DNA of 63,242 nucleotides, counting the filler, from Sphacelaria rigidula (Eukaryota): assembly GCA_964200075.2 (NCBI GenBank). It is 11 parts of 11 records of this genome, joined end to end, with 100 filler letters (N's around TTAATTAATTAA, not from the genome) between each part and the next. Parts side by side here need not be neighbours in the genome. Positions count along the whole stretch, not along the records: positions 23,037 to 28,694 come from CAXNAA020025485.1; positions 28,795 to 34,452 come from CAXNAA020025486.1; positions 34,553 to 40,210 come from CAXNAA020025487.1; 8 more parts are not named here. One strand, given 5' to 3'. The notes below the pieces were generated by a model. The model saw nothing but the letters and a program-made list of their open reading frames with translations. It searched no databases and was not told the DNA's origin. Below, one piece after another: positions 26,330 to 39,074 of this stretch (its first letter is position 1; every line of letters begins with the position of its first letter). The translations under genes and the position numbers were made by a program.

Positions 26330-28897
26330 TTACATATCGTCAGGATGACCGTGCGTTAAGCATTGCGTGCACTACCGTGCTGCGATGAAATAGCACACAT
26401 CGGCAACACGCTCATTTCTGGCCAATACGTAAAATTTGGCTGCGTTATCGACTGCCCAGGTTGTGGTTGTGTTTGTATCTCATGTAAAAGTAGTGGTTCT
26501 ATCTCGTGACGCCGCACACTCCGAGAGAAATGGTTTGTTGCGGCGGTGAGACAAAAGACTGTCAACGTAACGACCTCACCTGTGCCGTGTTGCGATGTCT
26601 CCGTGCCGAGAGCGGATATCCAGAAAGTGGATAACGTGGTACGATTACGCAGCGAATACGCTGCGATTGCGGTGATTCCTTGTCTATTTTGGATCTTTAC
26701 AGTCGAAGTCGGGCTGCGGCTAGATCGGGATAAGGGCTCAGAACGCTTAATCCAAGGTGATCCACCTGTTACTCGACAGTTTTCGGGACCCGCTTTACTT
26801 TCGCCACGGTCGATTTCCAAGACTTTTTGGTGATTGATACTTGACTGAGACGACTTTCGGAAACACGTTCTTGTCGTCCATAGCCGATCGAAGCCCGCCC
26901 ACCTTGTTGGATGCTAAATGCACGGTCTTTGGGAGGGGAGGGGGTCGGAATAGTGAATTTCAGTGGGGAGAAAACCGCCCACACAGAAGAAGCCGTTATC
27001 ATGCATATGCCGAGCGCATTTGCTACAGTATTCGTGCGGAAGCCACAACCAGCGACTATTGCCACCGCAGTACAGCAGAAAAGGTAGTATAGCGGTGATA
27101 GCGCTAGCAGTACGTATGGGCATGCCTTCACGAAGATGTCAGCACACGTGAGTGCTTCTACGGTGGGGGTGCACTTTTTAGTCCAAACGTTTTCTAAGGC
27201 TGCACACTAAGCCCCACATGCGTGTCGCTGAGAGGCTCCTACAGTGCGGAGCCCCAGGAGAAAAAAAGTGTGCGCACCTGCCGTAGAGTTACTTTACTCA
27301 AAAGGTTGATGCATGAACAGATAAAGCCTTCACCACCCTTTCCCAACAGCCATGACGCGATATGCTGGCGCGGCGCGCATATTGGCTCAAGCGTTTTGTT
27401 TTGCGCTGCAACACTTCTTTCTGCTGAACGCCTCGTCTGCCCATTTGGCGCCCCATACGCGCGCTTTCGAAATCCATCCTCCGAACACTCACGGGGCTGC
27501 CATTTTTTTCCCTCACACTTTGAACCCCTCCCCTTCGTCGGGGTGAGTCCGTGGTCTCAAGGGACCAACCCATCTCTCCCCCGGCACGTGCCTTTCATTT
27601 CGTTTCGCGGATTGGGTCAGCACTTCCGCACCGCGTCCACTCACGCCACACAAACCCAGTCGACTACTTTGTTTACTCACGTTCTCACGGTTTCCATGGT
27701 GGAAATAATATATTACGAAGAGAAAACCCAACGCATCAGGAATCGAACCCCCGTTCTCTCCACCCTAACGGCGACAGTCGGACCATTACACCACCGGGGC
27801 GCAGCGCCATGTGAACACACACCTCTCGGCACCGAATCCATAGGCACTTTTTTGTTGTTTTTTCGTCGCACTTCTAACCCCTCCCCTTCCTCAGGCTGAG
27901 TTCGTGGTCTCGAGGGATCAACCCATCTCTCCCCGCTACAGGCTGTGCATTTTTGGTCTCGTGGATTGGATGATGACCAACACTCCCGCACCACCGCGTC
28001 AACTCCTGCCAAATAGACTCAGTCAACTGCTTGATGTCTACTCACATCTTCACACTTTCAAGAGTAAAAAAAAAATCAGATACTTCAAAGAAAAACAACA
28101 ACACAACATTTGACGGGAATGAAGCCCATGTTCTTTCCACCCTAACGGTGTCAATCGGGTCATTTTAATTTGTACCACCGGGACTCGGCGGCTAGGTATG
28201 CGAAGGCTTAAGGCGGCACCTGAGGCAAACTTGTGACGCTGGGGGAAAGTAAAAGAGGATATTTCAGACTGTCCGATGAATCACGTACTCAGTGTACGAA
28301 ATAATTTGTACATGCATACTGTACACACAAACGAAAAACGTTGCCACGAGATAAAAAAACAAAACAGAGTTGCGGGACCTGCTCATCTGGGAAGCCTGTT
28401 TGTTGTGCGTTTGTTTGCTTCATTTTCGCGTCACTACACCCTAGTGCTAGTTCTTGGCTTCATTACGGTGCTCTTCGTTTCGATCCCTGCTGAGATCCAG
28501 TTGACGAAGAAATTTAGAACTCTTCAACACAAGCACTTTTTGCCACGATATTATGATGGGGGGGGGTGTACTCATGATCATGCTTGCCATAGTCATAGGA
28601 CCATTGACGGGGGGGGGGGGGGGGGGGAATTATTTTTCGCTTGCCTTTGGTGGTCCACCCTTGGGCACCCCCCCCTTTCGAGACACCCCACCCTNNNNNN
28701 NNNNNNNNNNNNNNNNNNNNNNNNNNNNNNNNNNNNNNTTAATTAATTAANNNNNNNNNNNNNNNNNNNNNNNNNNNNNNNNNNNNNNNNNNNNGTCGTT
28801 GCATGTGACACCCACGCCATCAACCGCCCACCTCAAAGGTCTTGTGACTTTCAAGCAACGCTGGCGGCAGTACGGCAGGCAAACCCGATCATAGCTA

Positions 28898-29409
28898 CCT
28901 TTCGTCGCTCTGCTGGACTGACCGGCGTATTTCTCGATCTCTGTAAAAACGAAACAGTTCGCTTATTTCAACTACACAACCATAAGTAAAATGACTCCAG
29001 CGGTCTGAGCAACTGCGTCTTCCCTGTTCTCCCGCCAGGTGAACAAAGAGGCCGGCAGCGATTTTCCAATCGCTGGTACCACTCGCGGGGAAACATATAG
29101 ATTCTCCTCTATGAAATTCCGCGTTATCCAAGCTGCAAACCGTTTGATGCCCATTGCTTTCCAATAAGGACGTTAAACCGTCAATTTCTGTTCCGTTCTT
29201 CTGTATTTTTCGCGGTATTCGCATTTCAGGAAAGTTTGATATTGCTTTTTTTCAGTATCTCCGAATGTGTGGGCGGACCCAAAGCAGCCACTTTCCCTCA
29301 GACCACAAGAGTCACTTTAATCATGGTCGTATAGTTGAAACAAGCGAATTGTTTAGGTTTTACAGAGATCGCGAAATACGCCGGTCAGTCCAGCAGAGGA
29401 ACGAAGGTG
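28898..29409. mobile_element. MITE with ~100-bp TIRs and TA flanks (Tc1/mariner-like)
   Basis: ctctgctggactgaccggcgtatttc...tgactc (28910-29000) is inverted at 29309-29400; TA lies on both sides. Confidence 0.75.
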
Positions 29410-32019
29410 TAATGAAGAGCTGTTGTGCAATATTGCAAGGACACAGGTTGCAATCCAAGGGCACAGGCTCACGAGGCAATTGGATAACAGTCAGGCTGCC
29501 ACAGCTTGCAAGTGCTGCACACAGGCTCAGCAATCAAATGTCAGACGGGTTTTCACGCGATGGTTCTTAACTTCTCCTTGATTGTCTTGTTTCTAACTCC
29601 AGTATCCAATCAATCAATCAATCAAATTCCAAACCAGTCAATAGGTTTCACCGATGTTCAGACTTCTCTTGCTAGAGAGCGATAGGGTAGCGATGGGTAG
29701 TGAGTAAGGGGTGCGGCAGCGTTCCAGGAGAAACGAAGCTGTCACTACCTCTCGCATATACAAGCTCATATCCGTACCCAACCATCTCTGAACAGACCTG
29801 AAGTCTTGGCTACCGAAACACCAGAAAGCAAATAGCCAGACTCGACAACGGGTCTGACGCGGCATGATAACAGGCTAATATGCGTCTTCATGACACTAAT
29901 CCACCCAGACGAACTTTTCCTACGGGACACTTTCTACGATAGCCCCCACCCAAAACCAGCTAAAAGTGTCACGAAAAAATGGACCAACCAGCGCCTGATG
30001 TTCGGGCTCAGGCTGCATGAAGCGCCTCATATTGTCGACATTGACTAGAATGAACCCGAGCGGGAGAATTCCCAGCTTCTCGTTGTGCTCGGCTTTTCCC
30101 ATTTCGATTTACGTCAAGATTTTGCCTCCCAAAACCATGCACTTTTCGGGGGGGGGGCTATCGTAGAAAGTGTCACAGCTGCGAGGATTAATCCTCAAAG
30201 CAGCGAAAGCTAAGGTTTTTCTTTACTCGTCAAGTCATGAGCGGTTAATAAAGCATACCTAAAGGAACACTCCCGTACCTAACACTCCCATACCAACAAT
30301 GCTGTACCCACTCCCACACCTCAAAAGAATGGAAGCACAGACTGCTTCGAGGAGCAGAAAAAACTGCTCAAAAACGCGGAAACATAAACTGCTTCGGCGT
30401 GCTAGCGATCAACGAAGAAGTAAAAATTGCTTCGGCGTCCTAGAAAATTTGAGGGGGGGAAACAGGGAGGTACAACACAAGGAGCAGAGCTCTAACCTGG
30501 GGGAAGCCAAAGGTACAACAGGGAGCAGAGCTTTAACCTGGGGAAATCTGAAGGTACAGCAGGAAGCAGAGCTTCAACCTGGGGGAATCCAAAGGTACTG
30601 AAAACTGCAAGATCGGGAATTTGAAAATCGGTGATCCAACGATATCGAGCGCCAGTTGAAGGGGATACTATAGCTCCAGTAGTCGTAGGTCGTGGTCGTC
30701 TCAGTAATTCTTGATCGTCGTTCGATGTAGGTCGCGCTGTTGTGGTGTCGTGGAAGAGGACCTGGTGGAGAAGGGAGGGCAGACAATCCTTACGGAAAAA
30801 ATGAGGGTGGGGCAACAGTCGCGACAAAGAAGCGTGGTTCAAAGCGGGGCGTGGACGTCGTGGGTGTGGTCGATGTTGCGCTGGAGACCGCGGCGAAGTC
30901 CTTTGGACTTGAGGCACTGGAGACACCAGGATCCGCGTGGTGCAGATGGGCTGGTGGTGTACAGTGCTGGCCGAAGTTTGAGCTGTATGGGCCCAGAGTC
31001 ATCGATGAAGCGCACGACGTATGTGTCGGCCGAACCCAGGTTAGCGGAGTGGATCTGACCCAACCACCAGAGGTTGTCGCTGCCTTTGAACCAAAGGTAG
31101 CTGCCCTTGGGCAGGAGTCGCTGGTTCGCGAAGAACTTTGTCTTACAAGTATTGGTGGATACAAGTTCGTGACCATCGGCGACGAAGCGTAGTCCCTGAT
31201 TGCGGTGAAGTTCGCGGGCTGCTGCGCCACGGCGCATGTTGCGATATTTCTTGTTGTGAGCAAGATGCTGATGTTGGGATTGCGTCCAGTAAAGGAGGAT
31301 TGCACAGCGGTGCAATTGCAGACCGGATTTGCGTTCCCAGGACGCTCTCCGAAGACCGTGCCAGTTTGTCTTATACATGACAGCGGCCTTGCCTCCTCGA
31401 CCACGGGTTATCTGGTGGCCGGAAATGGAGGACAGGGTCAATCAAAGGGGCTGTTCCGTCACGTCGTCGGCTGTAGCGTGGTAGCGCGGGGACTTGACCG
31501 AGTAGCTGTTGAGAACATACTATGTGAGTCCTGCAGGCAGGAACTTAGGCATGTCACTTGTATCATGCGGGTTTGTACAGGGTTTGCATCTGTGCACGGA
31601 GACGCGGGGCTTGGTGTCTTTGCCCTGGAGGTCGCGAGGCAAGTCGAGATAGAGCAGTTTGTCACCAACGGGTTTTTCATCCGGTGATGATGACGATGGT
31701 CCGACTGTCAGGATCTTGAATGGTCCTGTCCAGTTGAGGGACAGTTTTGTCTCCAAAATTGTTTTGTTGGCTGCCTTGCTGGTGCCTTGGCGGATGGTCG
31801 ACAAACTGTTGTAGATCCAAAACCCAATGACCAACTTTCCAGTCAGGGCGTTTGTGCATGAGGTTGTAGAGAGCAATGTTAGATCTTTCTAGGCGCGAGG
31901 CGTTGATATCGTGTTGTTCGCGCACGAGGGTAGGCGCTTTGCGTTATTGCACATGCGCTAGCTCGTGGTAGGATATCTGATCCTGATCCAATCCTTGGTG
32001 GCCGTCAAACGTGTGTCGC

Positions 32020-32720
32020 TCAAACACGGTGATAAGCAGCCGAGGGTAACGTCCAAGATGAAGTTTGAGAAAGGCCTGTGGCGGCATTATCCGAGTTGTT
32101 GTAAGACAACATGATGTGCGAAAGATGTAGGTCCAAGTCATTTTGGCGGTCATTGACAACCATAGAGAGCATCTGGGCCATGGTGTGATAATCTCTTTCG
32201 GTACCACCGTTACCGTTCGGGTGGTGGGCGCTCGTGGCAATCTTGCGGATGCCCAGGAGCTTTTGAAGCTCATCAGAGAGGTCTGAGCAGAATTGCTGAC
32301 TATTGTCTGAAAGTAGTCGCTTTGGGCGACCATAGTGCTTGATGTAATCGTGGACCAGTATGCCGGGCGTTCCGGCGGCAGTGAAATCTGCGGCGGTTAC
32401 CGCGTACATGGACGCGTGGCGGCTAAAGCGGTCAGTGAAGAGTAAGATGTAGGTGTTGCCGCGACCTGTGGTCGATAGAGGGCCAAAGAAGTCAAAGGAC
32501 ACAAGGTGGCCGGGCTCGTCGGGGAGTCCCATAGAGATGACGGGCCAGCGTACTGTCTGTCGTGAAGTTCTTCGGGCTTTACATTTGAATCATCGCCGAA
32601 TCCAGAAGCGGGTTGAGATTTCCGTGCCAACCCACCAGTAAAAGCGTTCCAAGAGCGCGAGGGTGCGGGTGACGCCAAGGTGACTTGACAAGTCTGTGTG
32701 GCAGCCTTTCATGATCCAGG
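32020..32720 (-). pseudogene. Gypsy integrase zinc-binding and catalytic core (disrupted)
   Basis: TGA at 32590-32592 replaces the first Cys of the HHCC motif; a frameshift follows the core near 32080. Confidence 0.88.
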
Positions 32721-33614
32721 GGCGCATTAATAATGGCACATATATGCGCGTTGGTTCGTCATTGAGTAGTCGTGCGGTGCGTCCCGCGGTTGAAGTGGCA
32801 ATTCCGCCTGTCAAAGGCGTGGGCCGTCGCACGAGGAGTTGCACACCTTCATCCGTAGTAAAAAGGGTGCCTTTACGCACTAGCTCGCATACTTCAGAAA
32901 TAACTGGTGGTGGCAGTGTTCCAACCGGGACCAGAAGTGTGGATGGAAAAGGCACTGGACAGTCGAGTTGTAAGTACCGGATGGCTGCGCGACATAGCGG
33001 TTCTGCGTTCTGTTCACGAACCCAATCGCGGTGGGAATAGCTGGCGAGAAACTCGCGTAGTTGACCTTCCGCTGGCGAGCCGCCCAAACATGGTGGGGCA
33101 GGCGGCGGGGGAATAGGCAACGGGGTGGAAATGCGGACATCAATATCTGTCCCGGAGTCCGGAGCTAAGTCGTCAGCGCCGTGCTCGGGAGCGGTGAATG
33201 TTGGCGGCGCCGTGGTGGGCGGCGGGATTGTATCAGTGCGCGGCGAAGATTGTCCGCGGCTCGTGGCGCACGACGCAGAAGTTATCGCGGAGCTTTGCGT
33301 GTTGGTCCGTGGAACTTGTGCTGGGTGGCTCATAGAGGTTGCAGGTGTTGTCGGTGGCGGCGGGGCACTCGGTGTGGTGCTGGCGGCAGACCGGGAGCGC
33401 GTGTTGTCGGAGATAAGGTGGGTGACTGGAGGTGTCTCCGCGAAGAGTTTCGCGCGAGTACCGAAAGTGCGAAAATCGACAAAATCGGAGGTAGTGAGCT
33501 TTACCCCACCCAAGACGGCGTCATACGGTAGAGGGCGAGGTCCTCCCATATGCATACCGGTTTCCGGGCACTGGAGGTCAAGGGCGTAAACGGGCGTTGA
33601 AAAACGTCTAGTAA

Positions 33615-34056
33615 CACGGGATCTTACAAATTGGGGATGAATCTTTTATTGGGGATGGGAAACCCGGAAAATTAAAATCTTCGTATCCACACCAAATCTT
33701 TGAAATATGGTTCCATTTATTAACCTACTGATACCTATTGATAACTACTACACGCGACAGAAATTTGGATATCGATCACCGAAATGTTGGGGTCCTAGGT
33801 GAAAAATCAATTTCGGAACCGTTTTGGCGTCCTTTCGGACACGTGGAATCCCCCACAATTGGTTTTTCACCTAGGACCCCAACGTTTCGGTGATCGAAAT
33901 CCAAATTTGTATGGTGTGTATCAGTTGTCAATAGCTATCAGTAGGTGAAGAAATAGAACCATACTTGAAGGGTTTGGTGTGGATACGAAGATCTTAATTA
34001 TCCGGGTTTCTCATCCCCAATAAAAGACCCATCCCCAATTTGTAACATCCCGTGTT
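33615..34056. mobile_element. Palindromic MITE inserted in Gypsy pol, TAA target duplication (PIF/Harbinger-like); one arm also at 56535-56647
   Basis: TIR CACGGGATCTTACAAATTGGGGATG with arms of about 195 bp. TAA occurs at 33612-33614 and 34057-34059. Confidence 0.85.
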
Positions 34057-34866
34057 TAATCGCGTAAATTCCAGGTTCATCGAGTTCCGTTAAACGGCAA
34101 ACCGGGCTGGAATCTGTGGCCGTAGGCGGGAGAGGTAGGCGGGGAAGAAGGTCAGCGTTCCCGTTGGTTTTGCCTGGACGGTGCTCAATGGTATACTGGT
34201 ATGCTGTTAGAATCTCCATCCATCGTTGTACACGCATCCATCGTTGTACACGAGGTTTGTGTTCGCAAACCTTGGCGAGCTGTTCAAGTGCTCCGTGATC
34301 CGTATAGATTTTGAAGGGCACGTGAAACAGATATTAACAACAAAGTGTGCGAATTGAGGTTTAACTTCCAGATGAGGTTCAAGCCTAAAACAGTGCTTTC
34401 CCCACACATTCAGCGATGGTGCCCGATGACGTGTTCGTCGGCCTAATGCCCCNNNNNNNNNNNNNNNNNNNNNNNNNNNNNNNNNNNNNNNNNNNNTTAA
34501 TTAATTAANNNNNNNNNNNNNNNNNNNNNNNNNNNNNNNNNNNNNNNNNNNNCTCCCGGCCCGGTCCCATGCCTATCGCATGCATATGCATGGGACCATC
34601 CCCCCCCCCCCCCCCCCCCCCGCGCGCGGTTTTGGCTGGATAGGATCAGCGCTCTAGCACCGCGTGAACTCTCGCCAAACAAAATCAGTCAAACTTTCAT
34701 TGCCACCCTCGCCGTCACGCATTCATCAGAGGAAATCAACTACTTCCAACAGAAACTCCACACGGTTCGGTCGGTTCGGGAATTCGACCTGCGTTCCTTC
34801 CACCCTAATGGTGTGTTAGTTGGACCATTTTAATCTAAACTGCCGGGGTCCAGCCCGTGGCAGTGC

Positions 34867-35050
34867 TCCACATCCTGGACAATGACAATACATGGTCAAT
34901 ACATTCAGCAGACCAACAAATATACCGGATTAAGTATAGGTCTATTGCAAGTATTGCCGATCGGTAATACTTGCAACAGGTCTGTACTTGACCCATGCAC
35001 TTTTAGTCTATTGCATCTATCGACCATATATTGTCATTGTCCAAGCTGTG
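34867..35050. mobile_element. Small MITE (~185 bp)
   Basis: cacatcctggacaatgacaata ... tattgtcattgtccaagctgtg inverted termini. Confidence 0.7.
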
Positions 35051-35096
35051 CAATACCCTCAATCCCGTACATAAATATCGCACACTTCATCAAGCC

Positions 35097-35450
35097 AGTC
35101 GCCCCGCTGGTTCAGTTGGTAACCTCGGACACTTCCGACGGTTGGGTCGTGGGTTCGAGTCTCGGACCGATGTGGGATTTTTTCTCACATGACGTCCAGC
35201 ACTCAAGAGCGACTAAGTCGTGGGTACACCAAATACGACCTGACGCTCGACGAGGGAAAGAGACTGCTGACCCCCTCTCGCGATAAAAAAGAAAGGCAAG
35301 CACGGCAGAGGAAAGTTGTAGAACTAGAAATAAATGGAGAAAAAAAAATCTGTGTTGACCTTCCTCCTGCGTAACCCCGGCTGGTGCGCCCAGATATACC
35401 GAAAGGTATAGACCGATGTCCGCAATAAATGGGATGACAACATACACACA
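35097..35450 (+). mobile_element. Full-length tRNA-derived SINE family S2; 5'-truncated copies at ~44026-44217(-) and ~44365-44570(-)
   Basis: A box TGGTTCAGTTGG and B box GGTTCGAGTCT. The body matches the two minus-strand copies, and the tail is (AC)-rich. Confidence 0.8.
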
Positions 35451-35912
35451 CGCGCGCGCGTGCCCCATCCGTACCTTTGTGTGGTAGTCGGACCTTGCAC
35501 ACAGTCACGGACCGTGGCTCAGCAGACCAGCGCGAAACATGTAGTACCAAGGATATACGGAGTACAAACAATGAACCAGGCTGACCTGAACCCAACCCTA
35601 CACTCACCACGCCTGCGGTTACCCTCGTCGCATGCAGAACCTGCCCCCCCAAAATCCAACGTGACTTGGAACCGCATTTCTGACTGCGCAAAGCTTGTGT
35701 GGGATTACTCCCACATAGACCGTACCGTGCCTTGACAGCCATCTCTACTGCAGAGGAACATTCGTAGAAATGTATTGCAAAATAGTTTACAAAGTATTCG
35801 CGTCGGCATACAAACATGGGCACAAAGTGGAGGATGACAGCAGTATTTTTGCACGCGGAATGGATTCCTCAGGACTCGGTGATGGTGATAGTCTCGACAT
35901 AGCGTAACTCAC

Positions 35913-36008
35913 CGTAGGTCGGTAGAACAGGCCGTTGGGGTGTTCGGTGTTCTTCTTGCCTCCCGTAGTGACTTTGGCGCCCTTCGACACCGCGTCGTCC
36001 ACGAGCGC
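35913..36008 (-). CDS. Aldehyde dehydrogenase, next exon
   Basis: ALVDDAVSKGAKVTTGG...GLFYRPT. CAG acceptor; ACG|GTGAGT donor; 96 nt, phase 0. Confidence 0.88.
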
Positions 36009-36289
36009 CTGCAAGTGCCAAGTGTATAATATACGGTACCGTACGGGGACAACGGACTCAAACACATCGACCCCGCGGAAAAATTGGAAAGCCTTACCGG
36101 GCAAGCATTTGCACACTGAAACCAAGCAGCCATAAAACGTCTTGCTACATACGTAATACGTGCATGCATACATCGGTGAATACAAACGTACGCGCACACG
36201 TACGTAATACGTACGTGTGTCTGTGCATGCGTGTATAAATACGTGCGTATATACACATAAATAAAAGGTGCGTATATATACACAGACGT

Positions 36290-36516
36290 GATACGTACGT
36301 CCATACGTCCATACGTCCATACATACATACCTACATACCTACGTACGTACATACGTCCATACATACATACATACATACATACATACGTACATACGTACAT
36401 ACGTACATACGTACATACGTACATACGTACATACGTACATACATACATACATACATACATACATACATACATACATACATACATACATACATACATACAT
36501 ACGAACATACGTACAT
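36290..36516 (+). repeat. Compound (TACA)n/(TACGTACA)n microsatellite in the ALDH intron
   Basis: Directly visible. Confidence 0.95.
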
Positions 36517-37210
36517 GCAGGCATGCAGGCATGCATGCATGGACGTGAAGCTACTACTGCCGCAGTTCAAGGGCTGACGAGCACAAAACGGCGGCGATGC
36601 GCAACGTGTAGCAGGGATGCCAGATACTTCGTGCGGGTGATTCTTCGGGCGACTTGACTACGGGGACGAGGCTTCAACGGGGTCCATCTTGATGGCCGAC
36701 CGTGTGCAGCAACTTCGTTTGTTTTGGTCGGACTCAGCGTGGGAAAAAAAGCACCAACGCGCAGGAGGTCGTTCATTTCAGTAGAGGGGCATTTGCCGGA
36801 GCGATCAATTCGCTGCTCAAGTATTGGAAAGGGGATACTGCATTTCCAAGTCCGCTCAACTGAACTCTAGAAATACTTTTTTGAGCGAATGGCTGCGGAA
36901 TGTCAGGGCGACCAAGGTGGTTCTCAAGGTCATCCATGAACGCACACATGGAAAAGCCACGCAAGAACCAAACGGAGGGGCGCACACGGCTTCGTTCTTT
37001 CAAAAATCGAACGCGACGAAACGGCTATCGTCGAGGTCACCGAAAATTCAAGGAGCACATCATGTTGATGTCGTTGTTGGAATGCCGGGGGCGAAGGGGG
37101 TGGATGGGGCGATGGGAGTTGTCTCCCGGCGAGATGCTTTTTGCAACTGCAAGCAAATCAGCTCAAGGTTTTTTCTGAACCATCCTCCACATCGACAAAC
37201 GATGCATAAC

Positions 37211-37523
37211 AATGTTTTCGTGAGATTGAGAGTAGAGGATACGATTGAGAGTAGAGGATACGATTGAGAGTGAAAAGCGGTCAATTCTTGACCGAATCGT
37301 TTCAGTTCCGAAATAACCCTCCACGAGGCCCGATATGCTTTCTGTAGTAGCTTGCCATTGAGGCCCTTGATATCCCTGAGTAGGATGTCGACGTGTAGCT
37401 GTAAGCACACGGTAGTGATAGAGGCAAAGAACGGCACAAACGGAATGAAAAAATCGCCAAGTGGAAGCGAATGACCAAAGCCACTCTCAATCAGCGCTCT
37501 ACTCTCAACCTCACGAAAACGTT
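37211..37523. mobile_element. MITE with TIR AAYGTTTTCGTGAGRTTGAGAGTAGAG; relatives at ~17880-18100 and ~55410-55700
   Basis: 27-bp inverted termini and a shared interior cagctacacgtcga...gtatcgggcctc. Confidence 0.75.
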
Positions 37524-37553
37524 CTTGCATGCATATCGACTATCTCCGCTCAC

Positions 37554-37679
37554 CTGAACAATATCGAGCTGTGCTGGCATGACCATAGCGCCGCAGTCCA
37601 CCGTCTCCCCCGCCAGCACAGGCCCTTGCCGAAGCTTGGCCGTCAGTTCGGTTACCCTAGCCACAAAACGGTCGTACAC
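37554..37679 (-). CDS. Aldehyde dehydrogenase exon (possibly ALDH22/MSC7-like)
   Basis: VYDRFVARVTELTAKLRQGPVLAGETVDCGAMVMPAQLDIVQ, the segment after the catalytic Cys. CAG acceptor; CAG|GTGAGC donor; 126 nt. Confidence 0.85.
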
Positions 37680-39074
37680 CTGAAAAACAGCAGAGAGCCA
37701 AACCAGAGAGGGGGCTGAAATTCAGGCTAGGGAAATCAGCTCATCTGGAGATTGAGCGGGAAATACACAGGCTAGCGAAACGCTACCCCCTGCAGGACGA
37801 GGTGTGCTTGGTTCAATTCATTGTTCTGCGATGTAATTGATGTCGGTTTAGTCTGGGCGCGGCGTGATTTGTGCCGGTTCGGCGGCACCATCGCGTTTCG
37901 CACCAAAGCGTTTTGAGCACGAGATGACGACCTTCTGCCTCGGAGGTATGCTCGGAGGTATGATCGGTGACGCTTATCCACAACGATCGGGAAGGTTCAT
38001 GACAAGAGTGTAAGTGCCGTATGAAAGTGTCGTACGAAGTATCGCTCATCCCGATCACCGCATCTACAATTTCTGACGCCTGACTTCTCGAAAAAAGATC
38101 ACAAAAGTTGACCGCGGGTCAAGAAAATTTCTGACGCAAATTTTGCCCTGCCCCACGTGGTTGGGGTGCATCGCTGAAGGAAAAAAAAAAAGCCGAGGAT
38201 TGATTCGTACGGTACGAATCAATTACACTAGAAGCTATCACTAATTTTCAGACGAATCACCATTTGTGCGACCCTCGCAAGAGTGTGCAACATATGGCAT
38301 GTACACTTGATCACCACGTATTATGTGCCACGCCATACATACGGTAGGTAATACGTATTCTTTTTCAGACGCCGTGCGTATACGGTGCCGGGTCGTGCAT
38401 GTGATGAAGTTGCCCGATCCCGTTAACAGCGAAGGGGTCGTTTTTGTCCCGACGCTCGGATTAAAAATAGAAAGAGGAAATGAGTGCACACAACATACCA
38501 TGCCATCGGGTGAGACAACCATCCTTTTTCAGGATAACAAATCACAACTGAATGATGTCATCAAAACCTGACCTCACGCACTCCGGTCTTATACATCACG
38601 AGGATCGGATAAGCCGAAACGAAAAAATAATATACTGTTCCCGCGTGATCTGGCAGAAAAACTGCTGAGGGAATGGAATAGAATCATCAGCCAGCTCGAC
38701 AAAAAAAACCCTCAGTAACTGCTACGGTATGGGCGGAGGATGAGAACAGGCTTCTGCTCGGATCGACGCGCCGAAGATATTTTGGCAGCCACCATACGTA
38801 TCGAGCTGCTTCCGCCCCCACCCCCCGAATGAGCGCCAGAATGTTGGAGGTGTCTCTATTAGGAGTAGGAACGGTGCTCCGTCTCGAAAGGGATGCGTGG
38901 TCAATGGTCACACGACTAAGGCAAGCAACACATGAGAACGCCCCACCCCCCATCCCTCCGTCGGAGGGCGAAAGTTGAGAGATAAATATGCCGGTGTACG
39001 TTACTTTGCCACAACATCTTGAGCATCGACGGCTTCGAAGACGACGATTGTCACCCGGGGGACGCTCGAACACA

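Larger units (their letters stand above)
30200..34452 (-). mobile_element. Decayed Ty3/Gypsy LTR retrotransposon: RNase H, linker, integrase, chromo-like and PWWP/Tudor-like C-terminus, 3' UTR
   Basis: RNase H FKIYTDHGAL...EHRPGKTNGNADLL; integrase zinc finger GCH...SHLG...R*FKC; DDE core DFFGP/SDN/GGTER; GPY/F motif NWTGPFKIL. RH-before-INT order indicates Gypsy. Stops and frameshifts are present, and the LTR boundary could not be fixed. Confidence 0.93.

Noticed and set aside
35097..35175. tRNA gene
   Set aside because: It has A and B boxes but no proper acceptor stem, and it continues into a repeated body, so it is a SINE head. The same applies near 10420-10488, 27740-27803 and 50790-50862.
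35909..36570. MYVC/HTYI repeat ORFs; also poly-Cys/Val/Ile ORFs at 12.8-13.7 kb and 15.5 kb
   Set aside because: Translations of microsatellites.
36555..36615. Hammerhead ribozyme (CTGACGA...GCAAC); also CTGATGA...GAAAC at 607-640
   Set aside because: The first has a mutated core GAAA and no stem I; the second has no stem II pairing.
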